Below are positions 9,513 through 19,388 of a stretch of DNA of 52,942 nucleotides, one piece after another. Numbering within the stretch: the stretch's first letter is position 1; each line of letters starts with the position of its first letter. The stretch is from a virus (lineage: Duplodnaviria; Caudoviricetes), in IMG/VR virus record IMGVR_UViG_3300036774_000105, positions 1 through 52,942 of that record. One strand, written 5' to 3'. A program made the translations under genes and the position numbers. The notes under the pieces were generated by a model. That model ran no database searches and was not told where the DNA came from. It worked only from the letters and a program-made list of their open reading frames with translations.

Positions 9513-10958
9513 CTATGCGATCTTCAGGTTGCGGTACATGATCGATGTGGCTTCCCAGGAATCGATCAGCGTTCCATACGTCTTGATGAGGAACGGCAGG
9601 TTGTCATCCGTCTTTGCCAGAGGTTCCGTTGTCACAAGACCGTTGAACCGGCTCCCCTGGCTGTTCGTGTACGCAAACTTGCCCATTCCTTGGAACTCAT
9701 CCAGATCCCAGAGGATGATGCTCTCCGCCGGGGTAGCCAGGTTCCCGCCGATCGGGACATCCGCGAGCATGGCGGTCGGCACGCTTGCCGTGATCGTCTG
9801 CACAGGGGCTACGGTGTTCAGCTGACCGATGGTCGGGTTTCCAGTGGCGGTGCAGGGGTCCGTGGTGATCTGGCACTGCGTACAGGCCGCTCCCACGGTT
9901 CCTGCCGCGTCGTAGAGATACGCGGGTATGATCAGGAACAGCTTTTCAGCGCCCGCCGCGACCTTCGATCCGTAGAACTTGTAGAACAGCGCCGTGGGGT
10001 CCGCAGTCCAGGTGAACGCGATGACCGATGTACCACCGGTCGGGGTGCAGGTTGATTCCGCCGTCGGAAGCTGCTCACCGCCCCAGGTGATCGTGGACAT
10101 CACGAACCAGTACTGTGTCGCGGGGATTGATCCACCCGCATCCGTCTTGGTAGCCGTGAAGGTTCCCACAGCCGAGACCACGGTAGGGCGCATCTGCGTT
10201 GTCTGGATGATCGGCACGTCCCTGTACGCCTGCAGACGCCAGCCTCCGGGGATTTCCACCTCGGAGAGACCGCCCGCCGCCAGACCCTGATTGAGTCTGA
10301 CGTTCGTCAGGAGCCTGCTGTACTTGGACAGCATCTGGGGGCTCATCAGGAACACCTTCTTGTGATTGATGCCCTGCCTGATGATATTGCGGTCGATGGC
10401 ATCGTCCAGGAGCGACAGATCCGTGGGGATCAGAGGCGTTGCAAACGTCCCGCCTTGCACCCTGTTCGATGCGATCAGCTCATCGAGGCCCGGTGCGCTG
10501 AACCCGGCGCCGTCATTCCCCCATGTGTTCATGGCCACCAGGTCGTAGACGTGCGCCTGCAGGTGGTTTTCCATTTCCACAGCGGCAGCATCGATGTAGT
10601 TCTTCGAGCTGTCCTGCAGGAAATTGGTAACCGCGCCCTTTCGGCGGATGACCTTCAACTGCCGCGACGCCCTCGCGTAGGTTGAGTTGTATGTCGGGGT
10701 GACCGCGCCTTCTCCCATCATCCCCATGGGGGTGGGAAGAGCAGTCAGCCTGTTGAACTCGTGCAGCTTCTGCGCATCGAACCTCGGCACAATCACCGCG
10801 ATCTCGGGCGCAAGGCGCACGATAGTGCTGGTAATCACCTTCTCCAGGTGTTGGGGAACCAGCGCCTCGCCGACGCCCGTTGCGGCCGTCAGCATGGCTT
10901 TCTGAACCAGCGAGCGCTGGTCATTGCTGTATTTGTTGAACTGTCTCAGGATGTCCAT
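9513..10958 (-). CDS. Major capsid protein (HK97 fold) with an Ig/FN3-like insertion
   Basis: 481 aa after protease and scaffold; GEALVPQHLEKVI, FNRLT..P...MGEG and GLDELI patterns; beta insertion about aa 260-400. Confidence 0.8.
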   Translation of the reverse strand: MDILRQFNKYSNDQRSLVQKAMLTAATGVGEALVPQHLEKVITSTIVRLAPEIAVIVPRFDAQKLHEFNRLTALPTPMGMMGEGAVTPTYNSTYARASRQLKVIRRKGAVTNFLQDSSKNYIDAAAVEMENHLQAHVYDLVAMNTWGNDGAGFSAPGLDELIASNRVQGGTFATPLIPTDLSLLDDAIDRNIIRQGINHKKVFLMSPQMLSKYSRLLTNVRLNQGLAAGGLSEVEIPGGWRLQAYRDVPIIQTTQMRPTVVSAVGTFTATKTDAGGSIPATQYWFVMSTITWGGEQLPTAESTCTPTGGTSVIAFTWTADPTALFYKFYGSKVAAGAEKLFLIIPAYLYDAAGTVGAACTQCQITTDPCTATGNPTIGQLNTVAPVQTITASVPTAMLADVPIGGNLATPAESIILWDLDEFQGMGKFAYTNSQGSRFNGLVTTEPLAKTDDNLPFLIKTYGTLIDSWEATSIMYRNLKIA

Positions 10959-10983
10959 CCGTCAACTCCTTCTTTCTTTGGGC

Positions 10984-12207
10984 TCACCAGTCGGGCCAGC
11001 CCTCGGGGCTGGAACCGCTCGGGGTGCGTTCTCCACGCTCGGGCCATGCGCCTTCCGCTGCCATTCCGTTCAGGGTTTCGGCCATCGCCTTGTGGACAAC
11101 TTCCCGTCCACGCGGTGCATCCTCGCTTTTCCCAATCCGCTCCAGGCCGACCTCGGCCGCGAGGGCCTTGATCAGAGCGTTGCGGTTGCTGTCGATGGAC
11201 ATGACCGGTTTTCTGGATTTTCTGACATCCCTTTCGAAGCCCGGCATCCCCAGTTGCTGCCCAAGGGCAAGCGCGATGGTTTCCAGGCTCTTCTCCAGGT
11301 AGTCCATCCGGGATTGAGTCCCCTGGCTCATGTCTTTCTGGACTTCGCGGTCGTAGTCCACGTCGAAGACCTTTGCGATTGAGCGGACAGGGTAGCCGAA
11401 CTCTTTTGCGAGCATGCGCATCAGCTGGGCCTTTGTGATCCCAGGTTTCGCGGGATTGCCGTCAGCCGGGTCCCCTCCCCTGATGCTTGACTTCTCACCC
11501 TCTTCCTTTTCGCTCTCGAGGATATTCTCTTCATCGTAGACAGGGATATCTTCGAGCCGGTTTTCCATGGAATCGGAAGCATCGGTCCCCTGGTGGAGAT
11601 CTGCGCCTTTGCCTGCGGGATGCCCGTCTTTCTGGAAAGGTGTCCCGACGTCTTCGGCGTCAGCGATCCCTCTTCCAGCTGCTCCCTTCGCGTCTTCCTG
11701 CTCCTGAAAAGCCTTGAAGATAAAGGCGAGCCCTTTTCTGATACTCGGATTGATGTGCGGTGCCACTTTGGTTTCCTCCTCCGCCTCGTCTTTCACTTGG
11801 CCCGGCTTCACGGGCTGTATGTCTTCGTTGGGAACGGGGCCACCGATGCGACCATGTTTCTGGTCGTCACCCAGGCCCATTGCGACCTGCTTGCCCGGTC
11901 CCCCCTCGGCCCCTCCTGCTCCCCCTCCCGCATCGGGATTCTCGGGTTGCATCTGCGCCATCCCGCTCTGCAGCATCTGATTGATGAGCGAGGCGATGTT
12001 TTGCAGTCCTGCCTGTTCCTCGGGAGAGAAGGATTTCTGAACCTCCTCCTCGAGGAAGACAATCTCGGCACCTTCTGCTTTCCTCACCGCGAGGGCGGCT
12101 CCGCTTTTCATAACGGCATTGATGAAGGTTGCGATTTTCTGGAGGCCGGTCTCTTCGTTCGCGGAGAAACTCTTCCGCACTTCCTTCGAGACGAATATAA
12201 GTCTCAT
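10984..12207 (-). CDS. Putative capsid scaffolding protein
   Basis: 407 aa, acidic and low complexity, between protease and MCP; N-terminal tandem duplication. Confidence 0.6.
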   Translation of the reverse strand: MRLIFVSKEVRKSFSANEETGLQKIATFINAVMKSGAALAVRKAEGAEIVFLEEEVQKSFSPEEQAGLQNIASLINQMLQSGMAQMQPENPDAGGGAGGAEGGPGKQVAMGLGDDQKHGRIGGPVPNEDIQPVKPGQVKDEAEEETKVAPHINPSIRKGLAFIFKAFQEQEDAKGAAGRGIADAEDVGTPFQKDGHPAGKGADLHQGTDASDSMENRLEDIPVYDEENILESEKEEGEKSSIRGGDPADGNPAKPGITKAQLMRMLAKEFGYPVRSIAKVFDVDYDREVQKDMSQGTQSRMDYLEKSLETIALALGQQLGMPGFERDVRKSRKPVMSIDSNRNALIKALAAEVGLERIGKSEDAPRGREVVHKAMAETLNGMAAEGAWPERGERTPSGSSPEGWPDW

Positions 12208-12227
12208 GCGAGACCTCCTTGCGGGCT

Positions 12228-13193
12228 CTATGCCCGAAGTCTTGAAGCCAGCACTATGGCCAGCTTCGAGAGCGCGGCTACTTGGTTGCCCTCGTAGGAG
12301 GGGCCACTCGCCGCCCGGTTCAGTTCGTTGCCCTCGTAGGAGGGATCGCTCTTGAACACGGATTCGGACCGCATGATCAGCCCAACCATGTGGTCTCGAT
12401 ATGCCTCGAACAACGTTCGAAGCTCATCCTCCCTTTCGGGTGCGGATTTCCTGATAATGCGCTCGATCTGCTCCTCGAGGGCGCCATCGAGCACGATGCG
12501 CTGCGTGTAATAGTTGTCGGCGTCCTTGTTCACCGCCAGCGCAATTCTGAACGCGTTTTTCTGGTCCTGAATGGTCTGAATGCCCAGCGCCTTATAAACG
12601 GCCTGGGCAACACTGGATTGATAGGCTGGACGCGAAACGACAAGAACTCCGTCGAGAGCCACATCATCCATCGCTCGGCGCCCAGCGGTATCCATCTGCG
12701 CGATACCGCCCGTTTCAGGAATCACTCCCTCGACAGAGAATCCTTTCTTGCGCGGGAAGGAGTACGGGGGAAGCCCATTGATCTGCCGCCACAACTTGTC
12801 GGCCTTGTGAATCGTCGGGCTGTTCGGATCAAAGCCGTCGCTTTCGTCATAGAGGCGGTAGCCCGTCATCCATTCACCTTCTGGTGTGATCTGGCTGTCG
12901 ACCAGCTTCCCCACGTCATCAGTGAAATCAACACCGTGCTTGCCTGAATACAACAGGACGTCTCCTGCTTGGGCCTGCGTATGAAATGAATTGATTGCCT
13001 TCTGAGTCATTCGTTCCCCAGCCCCATCGATCTTTACGCCGCTGGAGATGCCATAGAGGTATCTGCGCTTCTGACCGCTCTCGGCTTTCTCGACCACCCT
13101 CATTCTGTCGCCCTCGATTTGAGGACCGAAGTAGAAGGCAATCCTGCGCGATTCACTCATTGGAAGAATCTTATCGTTCGGACGTTGCGCCAC
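12228..13193 (-). CDS. Prohead maturation protease
   Basis: LYGISSGVKIDGAGERM, His in GKHG, GFSVEG catalytic-Ser motif, VLVVSRPAY. Confidence 0.75.
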   Translation of the reverse strand: MAQRPNDKILPMSESRRIAFYFGPQIEGDRMRVVEKAESGQKRRYLYGISSGVKIDGAGERMTQKAINSFHTQAQAGDVLLYSGKHGVDFTDDVGKLVDSQITPEGEWMTGYRLYDESDGFDPNSPTIHKADKLWRQINGLPPYSFPRKKGFSVEGVIPETGGIAQMDTAGRRAMDDVALDGVLVVSRPAYQSSVAQAVYKALGIQTIQDQKNAFRIALAVNKDADNYYTQRIVLDGALEEQIERIIRKSAPEREDELRTLFEAYRDHMVGLIMRSESVFKSDPSYEGNELNRAASGPSYEGNQVAALSKLAIVLASRLRA

Positions 13194-13413
13194 GCAATAG
13201 ATTGAGAGAACTTTCGTGTATTACATTTTCCACGCCCTGCTCAAGGTCAAATTGGAGAATTGCTTCCCGGACCGTCTCTGAAAGGTTGACGGGTCTCTGC
13301 AGTTCCTTCTCCATCATGCTCCGTCGACTGTTGAGGGCGCTGTACAGGGATGCGGGCAACCGAACGATCAGGGTTTTCGTTTTCTTCTCAGACAAGCCGG
13401 TATGCGCCTCCAA
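13171..13413 (-). CDS. Ribbon-helix-helix DNA-binding protein
   Basis: TLIVRLPASLYSALN...NLSETVREAI pattern. Confidence 0.6.
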   Translation of the reverse strand: MEAHTGLSEKKTKTLIVRLPASLYSALNSRRSMMEKELQRPVNLSETVREAILQFDLEQGVENVIHESSLNLLRGATSER

Positions 13414-14242
13414 GCGCCTCTTCGTGTTTCCCTTTCTTCCTGGCGAGAAAAGTGATATCGCAATGGCAATTGATCACGTCCTCTGGCCCACTATTCGGAT
13501 CATGGGGGTAGGCCATCAGGATGAATCCGCCCGTCGGCTCCCATCCGTCTTTCGTTTTCATGTACTCAGGAACTTCGAACAGGTCATCGATTTCCAATTC
13601 CCGCTTGTCCACATCGGCATGCCCTGGTCGCGGCTCTTTACTGAGGCTGGGGTGATGCTCCCAGCGTTTCTTCACCACGATGCCTGGGTTCTTTTCTGCC
13701 AGGCGCGTGTAGTAGGTATGCTTGATATCGTTGATGGTACTCCTGGTCTCCGTAATCGCGATTGCATTGATGTTCCTGGGCACCCCGATCTCGGGGTCGA
13801 TTTTCGTATAGCCCTCAAACGTCGCCACGATCTGCTTGCGGAACTCTTTGACCAGATCCTCATTTATCTGTCCTTTCGCCTCGCCCTGGCGTCGCACGAA
13901 TGTGGGAAGTCCTGTCTTTGTGGAGAAATCCAGCAGCACTCGCCGCAAGTCTCCTGAAAGCCTTGTACGCAAATCGTCTGTCAGAAGTTTCCCGCGCTCC
14001 GCGCCCTTGCGGATAAAAACAGATCGCTTAGGGAGAACGTCCTGCAGGTTGGGCAGTACCATCGTCCGCCATGCTCCACCAAGCCGGCGCACGCTATCCT
14101 TGACGCGCCCGACCTTAACGCGCCCGACCGCGTTTGCCACGGATTGATGGTTTGCCGCGATGATCTTCCCCATGAGCCGCTGGTATGTTCCGCCGACCCA
14201 GCCATACCTTCGGCGGAGCCGGTCAAGGTGAACTTTCCCCAC
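13388..14242 (-). CDS. Head morphogenesis protein (SPP1 gp7 / MuF-like)
   Basis: AIAITETRS, KKRW, RPGH and YPHDP....EDVINCHC motifs of MuF-like C-termini. Confidence 0.75.
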   Translation of the reverse strand: MGKVHLDRLRRRYGWVGGTYQRLMGKIIAANHQSVANAVGRVKVGRVKDSVRRLGGAWRTMVLPNLQDVLPKRSVFIRKGAERGKLLTDDLRTRLSGDLRRVLLDFSTKTGLPTFVRRQGEAKGQINEDLVKEFRKQIVATFEGYTKIDPEIGVPRNINAIAITETRSTINDIKHTYYTRLAEKNPGIVVKKRWEHHPSLSKEPRPGHADVDKRELEIDDLFEVPEYMKTKDGWEPTGGFILMAYPHDPNSGPEDVINCHCDITFLARKKGKHEEALGGAYRLV

Positions 14243-14245
14243 GCC

Positions 14246-15142
14246 CTACTGCCCCACGATCTTCACGGGAGCGTTACCAGCGAGCCTGTCTCCAATCTGC
14301 CTCCTCTTTCCCCTCGACTCATCACCCGCATCCGGGGGAAGAGAGATCGGATCATCGGCGGTCTGCCCTCGCTCGCGCATCTTCGCACTCAGTGGATTCA
14401 TCTTCGGCCTATGGCCAGCCCCGCTCTCCGTCTCCGGCTTGTCAGCGCTCTTGCTCAGTTTCTTTTTCAGGTTCCCCGCCATTGGCCCCAAGAGTTTCAG
14501 ATCGCGGGATCCGGCAAACGGTACGTAGCTTTCCTTCTGACACTTGCACAGGCTCTTGCGCAGCCCGCACTTTGTACAGAAGGGGGGCTTGAGGATATCC
14601 CGTGCTTTCTGGATGAATGACTTTTCCCGATCGGCGCTGTCCATAACGTAGGGCTGGCGATCCTTCGTTGTTCTATCGAGCAACCCACGCGCGATCTGTT
14701 TCTGGCCCTGAAGCTGAAGCTCATCCTCTGTTGGCTCCGAACCGAGAAAGGTTGCCATGGCCGCGGCGTCTTTCTCTGCGGACTTGCTCGCGGGCAGTTT
14801 CTTTCCCCCCGATTCTCTCAGATGACCTTCCAGTTCATCTTCTGTGATGCCTGGCATTTTCCCCTCCTCGCCTTTCCGGCGTCTTGCAAGCTCAGAACCG
14901 AAAAGCCCACGCTGGCGTTCGCTCACGATGGGTGTATGCGCCCGGTGTTCGTCCTTCATGACGCTCACAATGTTGTCCATAGTCTCTTCCTTTCCTACGC
15001 TGCCCTGAACGGCTCGCCATGCCGCCTCTGCAGCCTCTTCCTTCGAATCACCCAACTCCAGGGCGTCCTGGTACGTTGATGCGAGGATGTCCTGTTCCAT
15101 TTCGTCCAGGTCGTCGATTCCGTGTTCAATCGTCATTATCAT
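14246..15142 (-). CDS. Head-region protein with ChaB-like N-terminus
   Basis: EQDILASTYQDALE...EEAAEAAWRAVQ resembles ChaB; CTKC..CKC motif; many xxK-S/A/D motifs. Confidence 0.5.
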   Translation of the reverse strand: MIMTIEHGIDDLDEMEQDILASTYQDALELGDSKEEAAEAAWRAVQGSVGKEETMDNIVSVMKDEHRAHTPIVSERQRGLFGSELARRRKGEEGKMPGITEDELEGHLRESGGKKLPASKSAEKDAAAMATFLGSEPTEDELQLQGQKQIARGLLDRTTKDRQPYVMDSADREKSFIQKARDILKPPFCTKCGLRKSLCKCQKESYVPFAGSRDLKLLGPMAGNLKKKLSKSADKPETESGAGHRPKMNPLSAKMRERGQTADDPISLPPDAGDESRGKRRQIGDRLAGNAPVKIVGQ

Positions 15143-15401
15143 CCTCCTCGTCTTCTACCAGTTCCGCGCGGAACATCATTCCCTGGAATGCCTCGGGGCA
15201 CATTTCCAGCCAAAGCTCTCCGTCCTCATCCGTGGATTTGATTCTTGGCCTATCATCTCCCACGTAAATTGGAACGTCGCGCAGCATTTCTACGATGTTC
15301 TCATTTCCTTCAAGCACTACCTTGCCGTCTTCTCCAAGTGTCGCGGTTGCAACCACTTCCTGGCTGCCGTCATCTTTTGTTTCATGGAACCTTACCATCA
15401 T
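15126..15401 (-). CDS. Small acidic protein coupled to the polyvalent protein
   Basis: 91 aa; its start overlaps the stop of the 1287-aa gene. Confidence 0.55.
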   Translation of the reverse strand: MMVRFHETKDDGSQEVVATATLGEDGKVVLEGNENIVEMLRDVPIYVGDDRPRIKSTDEDGELWLEMCPEAFQGMMFRAELVEDEEDDNDD

Positions 15402-18400
15402 CAGGCGACCCTCCTGTCCATGTCATGCGTTATCACACCATTCTTGATGACGTCATTGAACTTGCTCTGGAAACGGAGAATCTCTCCTTTGGAAAGACCC
15501 GCGTCTTTCAAATCACTGACTAATTTCGGAAGATCTGTCTTCCTCATGTTCTCAAGAAGATCAGGTGGCACCTGGAAACTTTTCCCTATAGCCTCCCAGA
15601 TATAGCTCATTGTCTTACCGCCCCGACCACTCCATGCATAACCATTGTCAATCAAGGCGATTTTCCCATCGGGGTACAACATGAAGTTTCCCGTGTGCCT
15701 GTCAGTGTGTGTAATAAGAAAATCGAACGTCGCACACCGCATCTTCTCATCCATACTGCATTTCGTTTTCCATTGACCTACAGATCCAGCGGTCTGCGCT
15801 CCAATTGCAAACTCCATTGCCGAGCCATTTTCATGTTTCTCGGGGCCTACTTTGTTTTTCCACTCAATAGCCCGTACGATAACGTTCGGAACACGATTGA
15901 GCCCTATTGCTCGATCGACCAAATAGGCGCCCTTTTCGTGCGCCGCATCGCTTGCTACCCCAGGCTTCCATGCGACCTTTACCTTCTTCCCTTCAACTTC
16001 AATGTCGGCAACATAACTCGCATTGATGCCGCCACCGAGATGCATCCGCCCCGATGCCTTACCTGTCTGCATTCCCTTTATATGTTCACTGTCGGGCTGC
16101 TGTTCAAGAGCATGGATTGCCCGAAGAGGGTGCTCTGGCGCAACCCATGGCGCAGCCAATCGGATTTCCATTTTCCTCTTCTCTTCGCCTTTCGGAGTGT
16201 TGGGATCACTTTTTAGATATATCTTGGCGCGTTCCAGAAGGTGTTCCGCGCTGTAGCCACGATATCGATCTCTTACTGTCGGGTGTACGCCAGCGCTGCC
16301 GCGCCTTACCCTTCTGGCTTCCAGTACTTCATCAGCAAACCTATTTTTGTCAGCGACAACTTTCTTGTCCCAGGACATTTTCTCCCATCCCGCTGGGGCT
16401 GTATGTCTCGGGTTCGGTTTCCCTTCAGGTAGCGCCTGCGCAGCGATGGCTGCGGCCTCTCTTTTGCCCCGGCCAATGATGGGTTTCCCGAAATGCGGGT
16501 CTCCTTTCCTTGGCGCAGGAACACGAACCCACTTCCCGTTGACCTTTTTCCACCATCCATCCACCCGGTGATGCATCGAACCTTCATGATTGATGTTCGG
16601 GATCAGCCTTGCGATCTCAGCCGGGGCTGGGGCTGGGCCAATGAGCGGCGGGGGTTTCATCTCAGCCATCTGCTTAAATGCTTTCTCCGCGACGGCCATC
16701 ATCTCTCCTGGCTCCATTCCTTCGTTGATGCGCGCTCTGAATCCCTCTGCCTGGTCGGGCCATGCAAGATCGTGTAGTGCGATTAATTTTCCCCTGCCAG
16801 CAGAATGCGGCCCCTCACGTATAAGCATTTCAAACTCTTCCATGTTCTCTGGAAGCGCTATTCCACGAAGAAGGTTTTCTTTGATCTCTGGTGGCATATC
16901 GCCGATATGCCACACTTCATTCGCCGGTGTCCTCCCTTCGCCACCAAACAAACCGACAACTTTTGCGTATTCCGCCAAGGCATCGTTGTCCATGCCCCGC
17001 ATCCGACGCGCTATTCTCTCCTGCCATGCGGGGTCTGCCGCAAAGGCGTGCTTCTGCAGACGAATGTGCCTGAGAATCAGCCCCTCCGCCTGGGGCCTTA
17101 GCATCTTACCGGCATCGAGCAGTTCGAGGAACTTTTTCCTTCCTATGGTGCCCCTGTTTCGTTGATGTTCTATGACCGGGTTCTCTGCCTCCCGTTCGGG
17201 AGCCGTCTCTTGAAGAGGTTCCTTTTCTTTTTTGTCCCTTTTCGCAAACTCTATAGCCGCGAGTATTTCATCCTTGTCCGGAGTACCATGATTGATCTTC
17301 ACCAGCGCATCGATCTGTTCATCATCGAGATTATCTATCGCCTTTTCTCTTTTCGCTTTATCCGGAAATTCATCTTTTATTGCATTAATCAGCTTCTCCC
17401 TATTTTCATTCTCCTCACGAACGATAACCAGATCCTCCTCGGGGAACAGACTCACTCGCGCCCTGAAATCCTCCGCTCCCCCGGGGCCGGGATGATCGAA
17501 CTCGACGTAGCGCACTCCGTCCTTTTTGAACTGTGGCATCATTCGTTTTATGATGTCATCAGGCCCCTCCCCCTCATCCAGCGCTTGAAGAACTTCCTCA
17601 TCGATGTCCTGGACTTTCCCTGGCTTCGCATCCACGGCGAGTACTTTCGGTTTGCCTTTTCCTCCGGCATGCCCCGCAGCCAGGGGATCGTTTGCGAATC
17701 CCTGGGCGGCGCTTTGATGGGGTGCAAGGTAGACCGGCTCCCCTGGCTTGAAGTCCTCAAAGCTGGCCGTAGTACCATGGTAGAACCGCTGGGGCTCTCC
17801 TTTTTCTTGTTCCTGCCTTTTTGCATTTCCGCGCCTTCTCAGTATGCGCTCCGCTTCTCCCTCGCCCGGGGGTGCCTCGATATCTTCTCCTGTCATGTTC
17901 CCCAGTTCATGAAGCGTCTTCTGATGTTCCGCGCGCATTTCTTTCGGGATCGGGTCACCGCGCTTCCAGCCCTCGGGTGCGATGCCGATCTTTTTGTAGT
18001 CATTCCATTTTCCATCCGTCTTCTTGATGCGCACACTGATGTACTTTCCCCAGCGCACGGTGTCGCCGATCGCAATGGCATGCCCTTTGTAAATCATCTC
18101 CCCCTCGAGGGCGGCATTATACAAGGGCATCAATTGCGCTCTCAGAATCAGCCGATCGATGGGCTGGCGCATGGCAGCGGCAACGGTACGTTTCTGTTCG
18201 CGTTCTCTCAGCCCGAATACATCAGGGATCAGGTTCTCCAGCCCCTGGCGTTTGCCGGATTCAACTTCGGCCAACCTGGAGACCATCTCAGGAAGTGTCG
18301 CCAAGGAATGCGCCTCATCGTAGGAATGACTGTTGTAGCGCATCTCTATGTCCTCCAGGATTTCGTGTTCCGTGTATTCGTCTTTCTCATCATCCGCTAT

Positions 18401-19264
18401 GGAATCCCCGATCCATATTTCCCAGTCAGGCGTGTAGGGTTTGCCCATATGATTGCTGCCGCCAGCCCAGTCGGGATCGAACATCGTAGTGACCAACTTG
18501 TCATCGACGATATAAATGGTGTAAGGGCCAATCTCGCCTTCATCAGAAACCTTCACCGTCTCCGTGGAGGGCAACGCCTGCCTGGGGGTCGCCCAGTCCT
18601 TTGTGATCAACTTGTGGCCCTTCCTGGCCTTCAGTAGATCGAGCAACCCGTCCATAGAAACTTCGTGAATCGGTCCCATGAATCTGGCATCATCGTAGTT
18701 CTCCAGGAATGCTTGCTTTGCCAATTCACTCCCGTCAAAGCCCAGCATCACTTTGTCTTCGTCATATTTCCCTGTCTCAGGGTTCATGCACTCAATGATG
18801 AAAGCGTTCTCCGCGTCCTTGTTCGGACCCATGAAGCAGTCGACCTGGTCACCATCTACTCCCTCAGTGGTGCGAATGTATCCGTAGGGATGCGTCATCT
18901 TTGTGCGCCACTCGCTACCGTCGGCATCCTCGCCCTCGCGGATGGAGCCTTTCCTGTTTTCAATGGAGATCGGCAATCCCTGAAACTCGCGCCTCCCTTG
19001 TAGTTTTGCTTTCTCCACAAACCTGACCGCCTCGATAACCTGCTCTTGCATGACCGCGGGCGCCACAGCTTCTGTACCGAAAAGCGTTGTCAGGTGCGCG
19101 ACCAGATCGTCGGGCGTCCACCCTTCCTTCTCCGCTCTTTCCACCATGTCCATTGCGTCATCGCGCATGACCGCGTAGGCAGCTGTCAGGTCCATGGCCA
19201 GGGGCTGTTGCATGGCCTGAACTTCCTTGATGGAAAGGTTGGGGAAGATCAATTCGTCAGGCAT
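15401..19264 (-). CDS. Polyvalent protein: InPase domain + ADP-ribosyltransferase-like domain + C-terminal PI3/4-kinase/HipA-like kinase
   Basis: ISIENRKGSIREG...YGYIRTTEGVDGDQVDCFMG (InPase); RFYHGT..F..F....VYLA (ART-like); VAWKP..HEKGAYLVD..DFLITHTDRHTGN..IALIDNG (kinase). Confidence 0.75.
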   Translation of the reverse strand: MPDELIFPNLSIKEVQAMQQPLAMDLTAAYAVMRDDAMDMVERAEKEGWTPDDLVAHLTTLFGTEAVAPAVMQEQVIEAVRFVEKAKLQGRREFQGLPISIENRKGSIREGEDADGSEWRTKMTHPYGYIRTTEGVDGDQVDCFMGPNKDAENAFIIECMNPETGKYDEDKVMLGFDGSELAKQAFLENYDDARFMGPIHEVSMDGLLDLLKARKGHKLITKDWATPRQALPSTETVKVSDEGEIGPYTIYIVDDKLVTTMFDPDWAGGSNHMGKPYTPDWEIWIGDSIADDEKDEYTEHEILEDIEMRYNSHSYDEAHSLATLPEMVSRLAEVESGKRQGLENLIPDVFGLREREQKRTVAAAMRQPIDRLILRAQLMPLYNAALEGEMIYKGHAIAIGDTVRWGKYISVRIKKTDGKWNDYKKIGIAPEGWKRGDPIPKEMRAEHQKTLHELGNMTGEDIEAPPGEGEAERILRRRGNAKRQEQEKGEPQRFYHGTTASFEDFKPGEPVYLAPHQSAAQGFANDPLAAGHAGGKGKPKVLAVDAKPGKVQDIDEEVLQALDEGEGPDDIIKRMMPQFKKDGVRYVEFDHPGPGGAEDFRARVSLFPEEDLVIVREENENREKLINAIKDEFPDKAKREKAIDNLDDEQIDALVKINHGTPDKDEILAAIEFAKRDKKEKEPLQETAPEREAENPVIEHQRNRGTIGRKKFLELLDAGKMLRPQAEGLILRHIRLQKHAFAADPAWQERIARRMRGMDNDALAEYAKVVGLFGGEGRTPANEVWHIGDMPPEIKENLLRGIALPENMEEFEMLIREGPHSAGRGKLIALHDLAWPDQAEGFRARINEGMEPGEMMAVAEKAFKQMAEMKPPPLIGPAPAPAEIARLIPNINHEGSMHHRVDGWWKKVNGKWVRVPAPRKGDPHFGKPIIGRGKREAAAIAAQALPEGKPNPRHTAPAGWEKMSWDKKVVADKNRFADEVLEARRVRRGSAGVHPTVRDRYRGYSAEHLLERAKIYLKSDPNTPKGEEKRKMEIRLAAPWVAPEHPLRAIHALEQQPDSEHIKGMQTGKASGRMHLGGGINASYVADIEVEGKKVKVAWKPGVASDAAHEKGAYLVDRAIGLNRVPNVIVRAIEWKNKVGPEKHENGSAMEFAIGAQTAGSVGQWKTKCSMDEKMRCATFDFLITHTDRHTGNFMLYPDGKIALIDNGYAWSGRGGKTMSYIWEAIGKSFQVPPDLLENMRKTDLPKLVSDLKDAGLSKGEILRFQSKFNDVIKNGVITHDMDRRVA

Positions 19265-19388
19265 GTGCTTTCAGTATTGCCAGGGCTATTATCGCGACTG
19301 CGAGAATCAGTCCTACGACGCTGCATATGAAAAAGCGTTTCCTTTCCTGGCGTAGCGCCAACTTTCCTTTGCGGTGATCAATCTCCAT
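19257..19388 (-). CDS. Small single-TM protein (43 aa)
   Basis: MEIDHRKGKL...FFICSVVGLILAVAIIALAILKAHA; overlaps both neighbours. Confidence 0.45.
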   Translation of the reverse strand: MEIDHRKGKLALRQERKRFFICSVVGLILAVAIIALAILKAHA

